From an uncultured Acidimicrobiaceae bacterium (GTDB lineage: Bacteria; Actinomycetota; Acidimicrobiia; Spongiisociales; UBA5794): a stretch of 64,000 bases of DNA. The DNA lies in contig CAMYKI010000004.1 of the NCBI GenBank assembly GCA_947258985.1, positions 21,498-85,497 of the forward strand. The letters are read 5' to 3'. Shown here in pieces: positions 1 through 9,546 of this stretch. Made by a program: the position numbers and the translations under genes. The notes beneath the pieces were generated by a model. It was not told where the DNA came from. It was given only the letters and a program-made list of their open reading frames with translations, and searched no databases. Every line of letters starts with the position of its first letter. Position 1 is the first letter of the stretch.

Positions 1-204
1 GTGGTTCTTCGGATCGCGGGCTGCCTCGATGGCGGCTGCGACGATGTGATCGGGCGTCGCGAAGTCCGGTTCGCCCGCCCCGTAACCAATGACGGGAGCC
101 CCGGCTGCGCGCATAGCCTTCGCCTTGGTGGTGATGGCAACGGTTGCGGACTCTGCTACTCCGACTACTCGCTGGGATATCCCGGGTGGGCCTGCGGCGC
201 ACAT
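1..204 (-). CDS. Class I/II (aspartate-type) aminotransferase, N-terminal part only; the gene continues beyond the window start
   Basis: The reverse-strand translation from the ATG at about 204 reads [68 protein letters not shown]. This carries the typical aspartate-aminotransferase N-terminal motifs (ITAKAKAL..G.DVIGLGAGEPDF.TP). An AGGAGAG ribosome-binding site lies upstream. The listed + strand 68-aa ORF at 1..207 is its antisense shadow. Confidence 0.55.
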   Translation of the reverse strand, partial: MCAAGPPGISQRVVGVAESATVAITTKAKAMRAAGAPVIGYGAGEPDFATPDHIVAAAIEAARDPKNH

Positions 205-254
205 TGATCTACTCTCCTGGTTGAAGATCATCGAACCCTAATCGGCGGTACCCA

Positions 255-1373
255 ATGTCTGATATTCCATCCATCCACCTTCCCGCAGAGCTCATCCCGG
301 AGGACGGCCGCTTCGGCTCCGGTCCCTCAAAGGTCCGTACTGAGAGCCTCCTGGAACTGGGAGTGACCGGGTCCAGCTTCATGGGAACGAGTCACCGTCA
401 GCCGAAGGTCAAGGCTGTCGTCGGGGCCATCCGCAACGGCATGAAGGATATGTTCTCTCTGCCCGACGACTACGAAGTCGTCTTGGGTGTGGGGGGCGCA
501 ACCGCATTCTGGGCGAGCGCCACGTTTGGGCTCATCGAGAACAAGAGCCAGCACCTCGATTTCGGCGTCTTCTCCGGCAAGTTCGCCAAAGTTGTCGCCG
601 GGGCTCCCCATCTGGAGGAGCCTGAGGTGATCAAGGCGGACATCGGGACCTTCCCGCTCCCCGTTCCGAATTCCGAGGTCGATCTCTACGCCCTGACACA
701 TAACGAGACGACGACCGGTGTGATGATGCCGATCGTTCGCCCGGAAGCTGAAGGCATCGTTGCTGTAGACGCGACGTCGGCGGCGGGCGGCATGGCCGTC
801 GACCCGTCGCAGTTCGATGTGTACTACTTCTCCCCGCAGAAGGTCTTCGGTGGTGACGGCGGACTCTGGATAGCCTTCTGTTCCCCTGCCGCCCTGGAAC
901 GGATCGAGAAGATTCACAACAGCGACCGCTGGATCCCCGGGTTCCTTTCGCTGCAGCTCGCCGTGAACAACTCCCTCAAGGATCAGACCACCAACACTCC
1001 TGCGCTGGCAACGTTGTACCTGGTGCGGAGCCAGATCGACTCCATGCTGGAACTCGGCGGTCTCGACTGGGCCTTAGAGCGGTGTGCCCGTTCTTCGGAC
1101 ATCGTGTATTCGTGGGCCGAGGACTCGGACTACGCATTCCCGTTCGTGGCCAACCCTGCGGAGCGGAGCACAAACGTGGCGACGATCAACTTCGCTGAAG
1201 AGGTCGACGCCAATGTGCTGTCGGCGGTGTTGCGTGACAACGGGATATTGGACACGGGAGGATACCGGGCACTCGGCCAGAATCAGCTGCGGCTCGCCAT
1301 GTTCCCCAACGTCGCCCCGGACGACCTGGCGACGCTGACAAAGGCGATCGACTACATCGTCGAGCGGATGTAG
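255..1373 (+). CDS. serC: Phosphoserine aminotransferase, actinobacterial SerC type
   Basis: A 372-aa ORF with the conserved SerC segments FSPQKVFGGDGGLW and FMGTSHRQ. The length matches the roughly 375-aa actinobacterial SerC. Confidence 0.8.
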   Translation: MSDIPSIHLPAELIPEDGRFGSGPSKVRTESLLELGVTGSSFMGTSHRQPKVKAVVGAIRNGMKDMFSLPDDYEVVLGVGGATAFWASATFGLIENKSQHLDFGVFSGKFAKVVAGAPHLEEPEVIKADIGTFPLPVPNSEVDLYALTHNETTTGVMMPIVRPEAEGIVAVDATSAAGGMAVDPSQFDVYYFSPQKVFGGDGGLWIAFCSPAALERIEKIHNSDRWIPGFLSLQLAVNNSLKDQTTNTPALATLYLVRSQIDSMLELGGLDWALERCARSSDIVYSWAEDSDYAFPFVANPAERSTNVATINFAEEVDANVLSAVLRDNGILDTGGYRALGQNQLRLAMFPNVAPDDLATLTKAIDYIVERM

Positions 1374-1473
1374 GGCTCAAAGCGCCGGGCGGAGAACGTA
1401 GGCCGTAGGCGCCGGGCATCCGAAAGCGCCTCCATTGCCGTTCTTGCATTGCTCAGCCGTCCGACGGATGATC

Positions 1474-1881
1474 TCAGGAAGAAGGCGGCCCGTCCTCGAT
1501 GGCGCCGGAAGGGAAGGCGTCACGACACGCATTCACTGCCATCGTCCACAGCGCCCGAGCACCATCCACCACCGAAGGCGGCCCTGAGCCTGGTGCCCTG
1601 ACCGATGTGGTCAGGTCTTCTTCGACGAACTCCTCTGCGAGTTGCATAGCGATGTCGGGATCCCATACGCCTTCAATGCACGCCCGTTCAATCCTCTCTC
1701 TCCAAACCCCGGGATCGTTCTGCATGAGACCGAGAGAGTTGATCCAGGTGCCGGCTTGCACAATCAGTTGCTCGTCAGAGATCTCGATGGCCGCGGCGTC
1801 GCCCCCGCCGGCGTCATCGCATCCGGCCGAGACAATCGCCAAGAGCAACAACAGCGGCGCGACCCGGCGATGAATTCGCAC
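1474..1881 (-). CDS. Hypothetical secreted lipoprotein
   Basis: This is the internal part of the listed 193-aa ORF. A GTG start gives RIHRRVAPLLLLLAIVSAGCDD: a positive n-region, a hydrophobic core and a lipobox-like VSAGC. I recognise no family and the start is uncertain. Confidence 0.4.
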   Translation of the reverse strand: MRIHRRVAPLLLLLAIVSAGCDDAGGGDAAAIEISDEQLIVQAGTWINSLGLMQNDPGVWRERIERACIEGVWDPDIAMQLAEEFVEEDLTTSVRAPGSGPPSVVDGARALWTMAVNACRDAFPSGAIEDGPPSS

Positions 1882-1916
1882 GGAGCGACGCACGCAAGAA
1901 CGAGAGGGGAAGCTGA

Positions 1917-2420
1917 CTACTCCGCTCCTTCCTGGCGGGCGCCCAGTTCGCGGTCCAGCATCAGCAGGGCATAGCCGTTGCCTTCTATCCGCTCTAGATC
2001 GTCGATAATCTGCTGCACCGTTGCCTCTTCCTCGACCTGCTCGTTGACGAACCAATCGAGCAGTGGATACGAAGCGAAGTCGCGAGCGTCGGTGGCAATC
2101 GCATAGATAGTGTTGATCGCCTCGGTCACCCGTTGCTCGGCGGCAAGTGACGCCCGAAACACATCGATGACAGAATTGAATTCCAGCACGGGCTGCGGTA
2201 GCGGGCCCAGCTTCACGGTCGCGTTGCGGTCGACGAGGAACTCAAAGAACTTCATCGCGTGCTCGTTCTCCTCGCCGGATTGCATACGCATCCAGTGCGC
2301 CATCCCGGGGAGGCCTTCGCACTCCAGCCAGGCAGACAGGGCCAGATACTGGTGAGCCGACTCCAGTTCGAGAGTCACCTGAGCGTTCAACGCTCCTTCG
2401 AGTTCCTGCGTTAGAGCCAC
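1917..2420 (-). CDS. ftn: Ferritin (non-heme, Ftn family)
   Basis: The C-terminal 168 aa of the listed 272-aa ORF carry ferritin ferroxidase motifs (ESAHQYLALSAW, EENEHAMKFFEF). A GTG start at 2420 follows GGAGG with a 6-nt spacer. The upstream 105 aa of that ORF is arginine-rich noise. Confidence 0.75.
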   Translation of the reverse strand: MALTQELEGALNAQVTLELESAHQYLALSAWLECEGLPGMAHWMRMQSGEENEHAMKFFEFLVDRNATVKLGPLPQPVLEFNSVIDVFRASLAAEQRVTEAINTIYAIATDARDFASYPLLDWFVNEQVEEEATVQQIIDDLERIEGNGYALLMLDRELGARQEGAE

Positions 2421-2468
2421 AACAGACCTCCAGAGTCTCGGCCGATCTCGTCGGCCTATTGTGGGTCC

Positions 2469-3095
2469 ATGGCCTGGTTTTTCACAATCGCCTGTCTTGC
2501 CGGCCTGGCCGCCACTCTGTTCGCAGAGACCCGACGCCCGATGCGGAAACGTGTCCCCAAGATGGTCGCCGCCACCGCTTTCATTGCGGTAGCTCTGTCG
2601 GCCGGTGCGCTCGACACGACGTTCGGCCGCATCATGCTTGTCGGGCTTGCCCTTTCCTGGTTCGGGGATCTCTTCCTCACCTACAACGGACGCACCCCTT
2701 TTGTGGCGGGACTGGCGTCCTTCCTGGCGGGCCATGTTGCATATGTGATCGCATTTATCAATCGAGGACTGGATGACGGGGTCTATCTGTTGCTCGCCGC
2801 CGTCGTGGTCGCGGCGATCCCGGTCATGCGGTGGCTGATGCCGACAGTACCCAGAGAGCTAAAAGCCCCGGTCATCGCCTATATCGGCGTGATCTCGGCC
2901 ATGGTCGCGACCGCCGGTGCCACCAACATGGCAGACACCGACTGGAGGATCCCAATCGGTGCCCTCGCCTTCTACCTATCGGACATCTTTGTCGCTCGCG
3001 ACCGTTTTGCTTCACCCGGGCTGGTCAACCGCTACCTCGGCCTACCCCTCTACTTCGGAGGACAGTTGCTGCTCGCCTGGGCCGCCGGGGGGTAG
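2469..3095 (+). CDS. YhhN-family integral membrane protein (lysoplasmalogenase-like)
   Basis: 208 aa with several TM helices and the WFGDLFL and YxxSD-type motifs of the YhhN/TMEM86 family. Confidence 0.55.
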   Translation: MAWFFTIACLAGLAATLFAETRRPMRKRVPKMVAATAFIAVALSAGALDTTFGRIMLVGLALSWFGDLFLTYNGRTPFVAGLASFLAGHVAYVIAFINRGLDDGVYLLLAAVVVAAIPVMRWLMPTVPRELKAPVIAYIGVISAMVATAGATNMADTDWRIPIGALAFYLSDIFVARDRFASPGLVNRYLGLPLYFGGQLLLAWAAGG

Positions 3096-3124
3096 AGCAC
3101 TGCTGACACCGTTCAGGAGGGTGC

Positions 3125-4492
3125 CTAGGAAGCCGGGTCGACGACCTGCCCGATGAACAACAGCTCACCGGTACTGCTGTGCTCGATCATGAAGATGAAC
3201 GGCCGGTCGACCTTCACCGGAAGCGGTGGATCGCCAACAGACGTAAGACCGATGATCACCGCGGTAGCTGCGGCCGCCTCGGTTCCGGTTTCATCGACAC
3301 TGACAAATGCCTGGTGGACGACATCCTGGACGAATAGCTCGCGCTGCTCGGTCATGCCGGTGAAATCGGCTCCGGAGTCGGCGGTCGGCGAGGCGAATGC
3401 TTCCACGATGCCCATATCCCGGAGCGTCTTGCTCAGCCCGAACTCCGAAGTGAATTCGAACTTGGGAAACGCCAGGTCGATGTCACGAGTGGTTGCCGCT
3501 GCTGTTGCCTCTGCAAGGAACCCGGAGTCGAGTTGGGCTGAGATCTCCTCGAATCTGCCCTCTTCCGGAACTATCACGATCATTGCCGCATCTCCGGCGT
3601 ATGGCATCCGGAACATCTCGAAGCCGTCACCGGCGGTGTAGGGCATCATCCCTCCACCGTTCATGAACGGGACCGTCGACTCGCCACCTGCAAGAGTGTG
3701 GAATGTGTCGTCGGCCGTTGCTTCGGGCTCGAACTGCTCCGCCCAACTTGCCTTGAACCAGATGGCATTGACCAGCACGAGGCGGGTCATCGAGTCGATC
3801 ACGCCCTGCGGAATGAGATCGACGATACGGCCCCTGGTTTGCTCCTCGACCCAGTCGTTGATTTCGACCCGGGCCGCTTCGGCGTCTGTTGCGAAATCGA
3901 CCAGGTTTATTCCGGCGTCGTAGTTCTCGGCGAGTGTCGTCAGGAACTCCTCGAGAAATGGATAGTCGTACTGACCCCATAGCGAATTGGCGATCTCGAT
4001 CGACATCGGCTCGCGCAGGTCATCCGGCGGGGGCTCCGGGATCGTTGTCACGCGAAGATCGAGTTCATTGCGGACTGTGTGGATGCGATCGCCATCGACA
4101 CCGAAGACGAGAGTGTCGGCTATCTCGTCGGCAGTCAGCCCGCGAGCCCCGGCGTAGGTCATCGTCAAAGCTGCGGCGATGCTGTACGGCGACAGGAACG
4201 TGTTGGCGCCGTCGGCGGCGGCAGCGCGGAACAACTCGAATGCAAACTCGGTGTTGCCGGCGACCACCGATGCCAGTTCATCGTCGGTGGCATCGGTGTT
4301 GACGGCACGCTCTACATCGGCACGTACCACCTGCCCTTCCTGTGTCGGCGGAGGATTCGTGGCGGGGACCGTCGTTGTCGACTCACCCTCATTCGTGGCG
4401 GGGACCGTCGTTGTCGACTCACCCTCGTCTGCTTCCGAGCAGGATGCGGCAAGCAAGGCCAACAGGACTACAAAGATGGGTGCTCTTCTCAT
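3125..4492 (-). CDS. Serpin (serine protease inhibitor) with lipoprotein signal peptide
   Basis: 455 aa. The canonical serpin motifs are present: FLSPYSIAAALTMTYAGARG, LVLVNAIWFKASW, a hinge/reactive-centre-loop region VSVDETGTEAAAATAV, and the C-terminal VDRPFIFMIEH. The N-terminus MRRAPIFVVLLALLAASCSE is a lipobox. After the signal peptide comes a duplicated EGESTTTVPATN linker. Confidence 0.85.
   Translation of the reverse strand: MRRAPIFVVLLALLAASCSEADEGESTTTVPATNEGESTTTVPATNPPPTQEGQVVRADVERAVNTDATDDELASVVAGNTEFAFELFRAAAADGANTFLSPYSIAAALTMTYAGARGLTADEIADTLVFGVDGDRIHTVRNELDLRVTTIPEPPPDDLREPMSIEIANSLWGQYDYPFLEEFLTTLAENYDAGINLVDFATDAEAARVEINDWVEEQTRGRIVDLIPQGVIDSMTRLVLVNAIWFKASWAEQFEPEATADDTFHTLAGGESTVPFMNGGGMMPYTAGDGFEMFRMPYAGDAAMIVIVPEEGRFEEISAQLDSGFLAEATAAATTRDIDLAFPKFEFTSEFGLSKTLRDMGIVEAFASPTADSGADFTGMTEQRELFVQDVVHQAFVSVDETGTEAAAATAVIIGLTSVGDPPLPVKVDRPFIFMIEHSSTGELLFIGQVVDPAS
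4355..4426. repeat. Perfect 36-bp x 2 tandem direct repeat, in-frame inside the serpin gene
   Basis: The unit attcgtggcggggaccgtcgttgtcgactcaccctc occurs twice back to back. On the minus strand it encodes the duplicated EGESTTTVPATN. Confidence 0.85.
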
Positions 4493-4543
4493 GGTATTGA
4501 TACCCCTATGACGAAACCTCTGGCTCTCGAGGTTCCGAACTCC

Positions 4544-5062
4544 TTACGCGGTCAATGCCTCGACGATTTTCCTGACGGGCTCGGAACGAGGGAACTCAAA
4601 CGTGCGATGTTCCGTCCCCGCCACAACATACCGCAGTCGTTGCGGCGAGATCGGTCCCGCCCGCTCATATTCGACGGTACCGATTTCATCGATCGACGCG
4701 GCCTCCTTGAGTTCGGGCTGATCCGAACTGAGCGCACGGTCGAGCACCAGCAGTCGCTTGTCGGTGAGAACCAGCGATAGATAGGGACCGCTCATGGGCG
4801 GAACGCACCTGGCTGCAAGGGGCCGGCCAACGAGGTAGTAGATCGCACCGAAAGTGCCGAGAAGCACGAAGACGATCACGAGGATCCCCGCAAAGAACGG
4901 CAGACTCAACACCCTGGGCACGATGAGCGCCACGAAGATGCCGATGATGCCCCCGGTCGTGGACCAGGTGGTGAAACCCGGCACGACGCCGTCAAGTTCC
5001 ACGACCACGTTCTCATCGGGCCTGACGTGCACCTCGATATCCCGATGTTCACGACGGCTCAT
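4544..5062 (-). CDS. Hypothetical membrane protein with a bacterial PH-like (membrane-flanked) domain
   Basis: 172 aa. Two predicted TM helices (IIGIFVALIV..., ILVIVFVLLGTF) are followed by an LTDKRLLVLD-type segment. Confidence 0.45.
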   Translation of the reverse strand: MSRREHRDIEVHVRPDENVVVELDGVVPGFTTWSTTGGIIGIFVALIVPRVLSLPFFAGILVIVFVLLGTFGAIYYLVGRPLAARCVPPMSGPYLSLVLTDKRLLVLDRALSSDQPELKEAASIDEIGTVEYERAGPISPQRLRYVVAGTEHRTFEFPRSEPVRKIVEALTA

Positions 5063-5526
5063 GCGGCCTCCCTTCGGAAATGAACAATGGTCAACCCACC
5101 AACGATTTCCTCTTCTCTTACCTGGACGAAACCGAGCGATTCATAGAGGCGGATCGCGGGTTGGTTTGCGCAGGCGGCGCTCACGGTAACCTCCCGATCT
5201 GTGGCCAGCGCCGCCACCAGAGCCCGGGCCCTCCCCTTCCGAATCGATCCGGGAGCGACAAACAGCCGGTCGATGTCGATACACCCTCGATCCTCTGTAA
5301 AGCCGAGCGCCGCCACCACCGTGCCGCTGTCGTCGCGACTGCCTATCCAACGCAGCGCCTGGGACATCATCTCTTCGAGCGATTCATGGAGCGGCGGGAT
5401 CCCGTGGAAGCCGATCAAATCGGCTTCCACTTCGTATGCAGCAAGCTGCGCCCTCCACGTCTCGGCGGCGGTCACTGGGTCCGTAAGGTCGAGTGGTTCG
5501 ACGTCGTTCAAATCCATCGGACGCAT
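5059..5526 (-). CDS. GNAT-family N-acetyltransferase
   Basis: The C-terminal part of the listed 193-aa ORF has an acetyl-CoA-binding motif (RKGRARALVAAL, YESLGF). The start is taken at the internal MRPMDLN. The upstream R/G-rich extension is probably not coding. Confidence 0.55.
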   Translation of the reverse strand: MRPMDLNDVEPLDLTDPVTAAETWRAQLAAYEVEADLIGFHGIPPLHESLEEMMSQALRWIGSRDDSGTVVAALGFTEDRGCIDIDRLFVAPGSIRKGRARALVAALATDREVTVSAACANQPAIRLYESLGFVQVREEEIVGGLTIVHFRREAA

Positions 5527-5570
5527 TATGGCTCCGCGGCCGGCACCGCCGCCACGGTATCGTGCTGAAC

Positions 5571-6071
5571 ATGAAGCGTTTGATGATCCTTCGCCACGGC
5601 AAGTCCGATTGGAATGCGGGAGCTGCCTCCGACCATGCAAGACCCCTGAGCCGACGGGGTACCGGTGCCGCGATGACTATGGGCAAGCTGCTCAGCCGTC
5701 TCGGTGAGACGCCCGACCTCATTGTCACATCGTCTGCGGTACGCGCCCGGGAAACGGCGCTGCTCGCAGCCGACGCCGGCGAGTGGGGCTGCGAGACGAT
5801 CGAAGTCGATGATCTTTACGGCACATCGGCGGGAGGAGCGCTCAGGGTCGCCTCCAGAACTCCCGACGAGGTAGACAGGCTGATGCTCGTAGGACATCAG
5901 CCGACGTGGGGATACCTGGTGCGAGCCCTCACCGGAGCTGCTGTCGAAATGAAGACAGCGACGGTGGCTGCCGTAGACCTGAGAATGGCGAGTTGGCGGG
6001 GCGCTCCGGAAGCAGCAGGAACGTTGGCATACCTCTTGCAGCCGCGCCTCTTCTCCGATTGGGACCTGTAG
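5571..6071 (+). CDS. sixA: Phosphohistidine phosphatase SixA (histidine phosphatase superfamily)
   Basis: [14 protein letters not shown] carries the RHG catalytic motif. It is about 166 aa. The gene is divergent from the GNAT gene. Confidence 0.7.
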   Translation: MKRLMILRHGKSDWNAGAASDHARPLSRRGTGAAMTMGKLLSRLGETPDLIVTSSAVRARETALLAADAGEWGCETIEVDDLYGTSAGGALRVASRTPDEVDRLMLVGHQPTWGYLVRALTGAAVEMKTATVAAVDLRMASWRGAPEAAGTLAYLLQPRLFSDWDL

Positions 6072-7693
6072 TGGAGAAAATCCACGGCGGTCGGCTCCTG
6101 GCCAGAGCGCTGAAGAATGAAGGGGTCGACACCGTCTTCACCCTCACCGGTGGCCACATCATCGGGATCCTCGATGGTTGCGTCCTTGAAGACATTCGCA
6201 TCGTCGATGTCCGGCACGAGCAAACCGCGGCCCAGGCAGCCGAGGCATATGCGCGGCTCACCGGCAAACTCGGAGTGGTCGCGGTCACTGCTGGGCCGGG
6301 TGTGACCAACACCGTCACCGCCGTCCTCAACGCTCAGTATTCCGGCACTCCGGTACTGGTACTCGGAGGCCGCCACCCCGTCGCCCAGGAACACACCGGC
6401 GGTCTTCAGGAGATGGACCACCCTCAGCTATTCCGCTCGACGACTCGCTTTGCCGCCACGGTCTGGGAGACGGCACGTATCGGCGAGTACGTAGCGGCAG
6501 CAGTGCGGCACGCCTTTTCCGGGCGAGGCGGACCCGTATTCCTCGACATTCCCCTTGACGTCCAAACGTCATTGGTCGCGGACTCCACCCCTCTCCCCCA
6601 GCGCTACCGCGCTACGGAACCCGCCGGCGCCGACCAGACGGTGGTTGCGGACGTCGTTTCGACCCTCAACGCCGCCGAGCGACCGGTCATCTTTGCGGGC
6701 AGCGGCTTCCGTTCCGGCGGGGCAGACGCTCTCGTCGCTGCGGCGGAGGCTCGCAACGCTCCAACCTATGTCAACGCCGGGGCGCGCGGCGCTTTCCCTC
6801 ACGGGCACCCCCTACTCGGCAACCGGACCAGATCTCAGGCGTTCGCCGGTGCCGATGTTGTACTTGCGCTGGGAGTGGATTGGGATTTCCGCACCGGTTA
6901 CGGCCGCAAGATCGCTTCGGAGGCGACTGTGATCCAGGTCGACAGCGAACCGACGAGAATCGGCTGGAACCGGGCCGCCCACCACGGCATCGTCGCCAAC
7001 CCGGGTCGATTCACAGAACAGATCGCCGTTTCGGGTCTCGAGGGACCCGAAACGTGCCCCTGGACCGAAGACTTGCAGCAGGCTGAGACCGTGAAGCTCG
7101 CTGCCGCCGTCGCCGAGGCGGATGCTCCTTCTGAGTTGGTCGGACCCCAGTTCTTCGGCAGAGGCGTCGGGGAGTTCTTCGGGACCGATTCGATCGTTGC
7201 CGTCGATGGCGGCGACATCGTGGCGACAACGGCCAAGTGGCTCCAAATCTCGACGGCCGGCCATGTATTGGAGCCCGGACCCGCCGGCACCCTGGGCACT
7301 GGTCCCGGGTTCGCTCTCGCGGCAAAGACCGTCTTCCCGGACAAAAGAGTCGGCATTGTCTTCGGCGACGGCGCCTTCGGTTTCAACGGCATGGATTACG
7401 ACACCTTTGTTCGTCTTGGCCTTCCCATCATCGGGGTGCTCGGCAACGACGGTGTGTGGAACAACATCAAGAGCTTCCATCGCATGTTCTATCCCGAAAG
7501 GCTCGTCGCCACCGATCTGGGCCGGCGGCCCTACCACAAGATTGTCGAGGCGATGGGCGGATACGGAGAGCTGGTCGCACGCCCGGACGATCTGACGCCG
7601 GCGTTGCGGCGGGCGGAAGAAAGCGGTCTGCCCGCCCTGGTCAACGTGCACATCGATGAGACGTTCCGCGCTTCGAGCAACTACTCGGGCTAG
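6071..7693 (+). CDS. Thiamine-diphosphate-dependent enzyme, acetolactate-synthase-like (IlvB/POX superfamily)
   Basis: Three TPP-enzyme domains are recognisable: an N-terminal Pyr domain ([10 protein letters not shown]), a central domain, and a C-terminal PP domain with a GDGAF..N motif. The GTG start at 6071 overlaps the sixA stop (TAGTG). The listed N-terminal 55 aa overlap sixA and are rejected. Confidence 0.7.
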   Translation: MEKIHGGRLLARALKNEGVDTVFTLTGGHIIGILDGCVLEDIRIVDVRHEQTAAQAAEAYARLTGKLGVVAVTAGPGVTNTVTAVLNAQYSGTPVLVLGGRHPVAQEHTGGLQEMDHPQLFRSTTRFAATVWETARIGEYVAAAVRHAFSGRGGPVFLDIPLDVQTSLVADSTPLPQRYRATEPAGADQTVVADVVSTLNAAERPVIFAGSGFRSGGADALVAAAEARNAPTYVNAGARGAFPHGHPLLGNRTRSQAFAGADVVLALGVDWDFRTGYGRKIASEATVIQVDSEPTRIGWNRAAHHGIVANPGRFTEQIAVSGLEGPETCPWTEDLQQAETVKLAAAVAEADAPSELVGPQFFGRGVGEFFGTDSIVAVDGGDIVATTAKWLQISTAGHVLEPGPAGTLGTGPGFALAAKTVFPDKRVGIVFGDGAFGFNGMDYDTFVRLGLPIIGVLGNDGVWNNIKSFHRMFYPERLVATDLGRRPYHKIVEAMGGYGELVARPDDLTPALRRAEESGLPALVNVHIDETFRASSNYSG

Positions 7694-7755
7694 CGGCGGG
7701 CCCTGCCACAAGCGCGGGTACCATCAACCTGTGGGCCGGATAGCGAGGTAATCGG

Positions 7756-9546
7756 GTGACCACCCAACAACCTTCACTCAAATCGATGCTGCGCGAAGGC
7801 GGAGCAATCGCAGTCCGGTTCGCCAAAGCCCGGCCGGGGTCGTTTTCGCTGGCGGTACTCGGCGCCGCGCTGTTCGTCTCCGCCATAGTGGCCTCTGCGG
7901 TCGTCATCGGGCGGGTCACCGACGAGTTGATCATCCCTGTGCTCGACGAGGGCGCGGACTACGCAGACCTGCTGTGGCCGGCGCTCTGGGCCGTCATCTT
8001 GGTGGCCATCTGGAAGGCTGCAGCCATCGTGCTGCGCCGCACCGCGGCCGGTTATCTCCAGTTCCGGGTGCAGGCTGACGCGCGTCACGACCTCATCGAA
8101 CACCTCCTGAAGCTGGAGCTGGCCTGGTACCAACGTCAATCGACCGGCACTCTGCTGGCGGTAAGCGATACCGATGTGCGCCAGGGCACCTTCATCCTCG
8201 CTCCGCTCCCCTTCGGCATCGGCTCTTCTCTACTGCTCATCGGCACCGTGACTCTCATCGTCCTCATCGACGGTTGGTTGTCGTTGATCGCATTCATCTG
8301 CCTCGCCGGCATCGTTGCAGTCAACATGCAGGGTGCCTGGAAGATGTTCAGCGCCTTCCGCGACGTTCAGGTGCTCCGCGGTGAGGTCTCTTCGATCGCC
8401 CATGAAAGCCTCGACGGCGCCCTCACTATCAAGGCGCTCGGCCGCATCGACTACGAGACCGAGCGGTTCCAAACGGCGTCGGAGAAACTGCGCGACAAGC
8501 TGATCCACGTACTACAGATGATGGCGACCTATCGGGTCGGCGTGGAAGGACTTCTCTCCGCCATCACTGTGATCATGCTGGTCGCCGGGGCGATCCGCAT
8601 CAACAGCGGCGACGTCACCACAGGCAACATCATCACGATCACGTATTTGCTGTCGCTGCTCTTCATCCCGATCCGCATCATCGGGTTCGTTCTCTGGTCG
8701 ATCGCTTCGTCGCGGGCCGGCTGGGAACGGGTGCAGGATGTCTATGACGTGCGGGATCTCGTGCCTTACGGCGACCTACTCCCCCAGGCGGAGGAATCCG
8801 GTGCCCACGTGACCGGCAAGACGGTGTCGTTCTCGTATGAGGGTGGCGAAACCGTCATCACCGACGTGAACCTGGCCATCCGCCCGGAGCGGGTCGTTGC
8901 GGTTGTGGGCCCGACCGGGTCCGGCAAGTCGACGCTCACCGCACTGCTCGCCCGCCTCTGGGACCCCTCCTCCGGGTCCATCACCATCGACGGTCGCGAT
9001 CTCCGCAGCTTTGCCCGATCGGCGCTTCCCGGTGAGGTCGCCTATGTCGCCCAGGAGGCGTTTCTCTTCGACGACACCGTGCGCGGCAACATTGCCTTTG
9101 GGGTTCTCGCCGACGATCAGGATGTCGTTGCCGCAGCCCAGCTCGCCGGTGCCCACGAATTCATCCTCGAATTGCCCGAGGGCTACGACTCGGTCCTCGG
9201 GGAACGGGGCACCAGCCTTTCCGGTGGCCAGCGGCAGCGTATCGCCCTCGCCAGGGCCCTGGTGCGCAAACCGCGCCTGCTGATTCTCGATGACGCCACC
9301 TCTGCCGTCGACCCATCGGTGGAGGCCCGCATTCTGGAACGCCTTCGGGACTCAGAGCTCCCCTCCACTGTGATCATCGTCGCCTACCGGACCTCCAGCA
9401 TCACGTTGGCCGACGAGGTCGTGTTTGTCGACGAGGGCCAGATAGTGGCCCACGGCTCGCATAGCGATCTGACCCAGGACGTGCCGGGCTACGCCAGAAT
9501 CGTCGAGGCCTACGCCGACGACGCAGAAAGCCGGAGTGAGTCGTGA
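7756..9546 (+). CDS. ABC exporter, fused permease-ATPase, subunit 1 of a heterodimer
   Basis: Six TM helices precede an NBD with Walker A GPTGSGKST and signature LSGGQRQRIALARAL. Walker B is LLILDDATSAVD, with D in place of the catalytic E. This is the degenerate site typical of asymmetric heterodimeric exporters. Confidence 0.8.
   Translation: MTTQQPSLKSMLREGGAIAVRFAKARPGSFSLAVLGAALFVSAIVASAVVIGRVTDELIIPVLDEGADYADLLWPALWAVILVAIWKAAAIVLRRTAAGYLQFRVQADARHDLIEHLLKLELAWYQRQSTGTLLAVSDTDVRQGTFILAPLPFGIGSSLLLIGTVTLIVLIDGWLSLIAFICLAGIVAVNMQGAWKMFSAFRDVQVLRGEVSSIAHESLDGALTIKALGRIDYETERFQTASEKLRDKLIHVLQMMATYRVGVEGLLSAITVIMLVAGAIRINSGDVTTGNIITITYLLSLLFIPIRIIGFVLWSIASSRAGWERVQDVYDVRDLVPYGDLLPQAEESGAHVTGKTVSFSYEGGETVITDVNLAIRPERVVAVVGPTGSGKSTLTALLARLWDPSSGSITIDGRDLRSFARSALPGEVAYVAQEAFLFDDTVRGNIAFGVLADDQDVVAAAQLAGAHEFILELPEGYDSVLGERGTSLSGGQRQRIALARALVRKPRLLILDDATSAVDPSVEARILERLRDSELPSTVIIVAYRTSSITLADEVVFVDEGQIVAHGSHSDLTQDVPGYARIVEAYADDAESRSES

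Noticed and set aside
5906-6070. A 55-aa N-terminal extension of the TPP-dependent enzyme
   Set aside because: It overlaps the 3' half of sixA in another frame. It is Arg/Cys-rich. The conserved TPP-enzyme N-terminus begins at the GTG at 6071.
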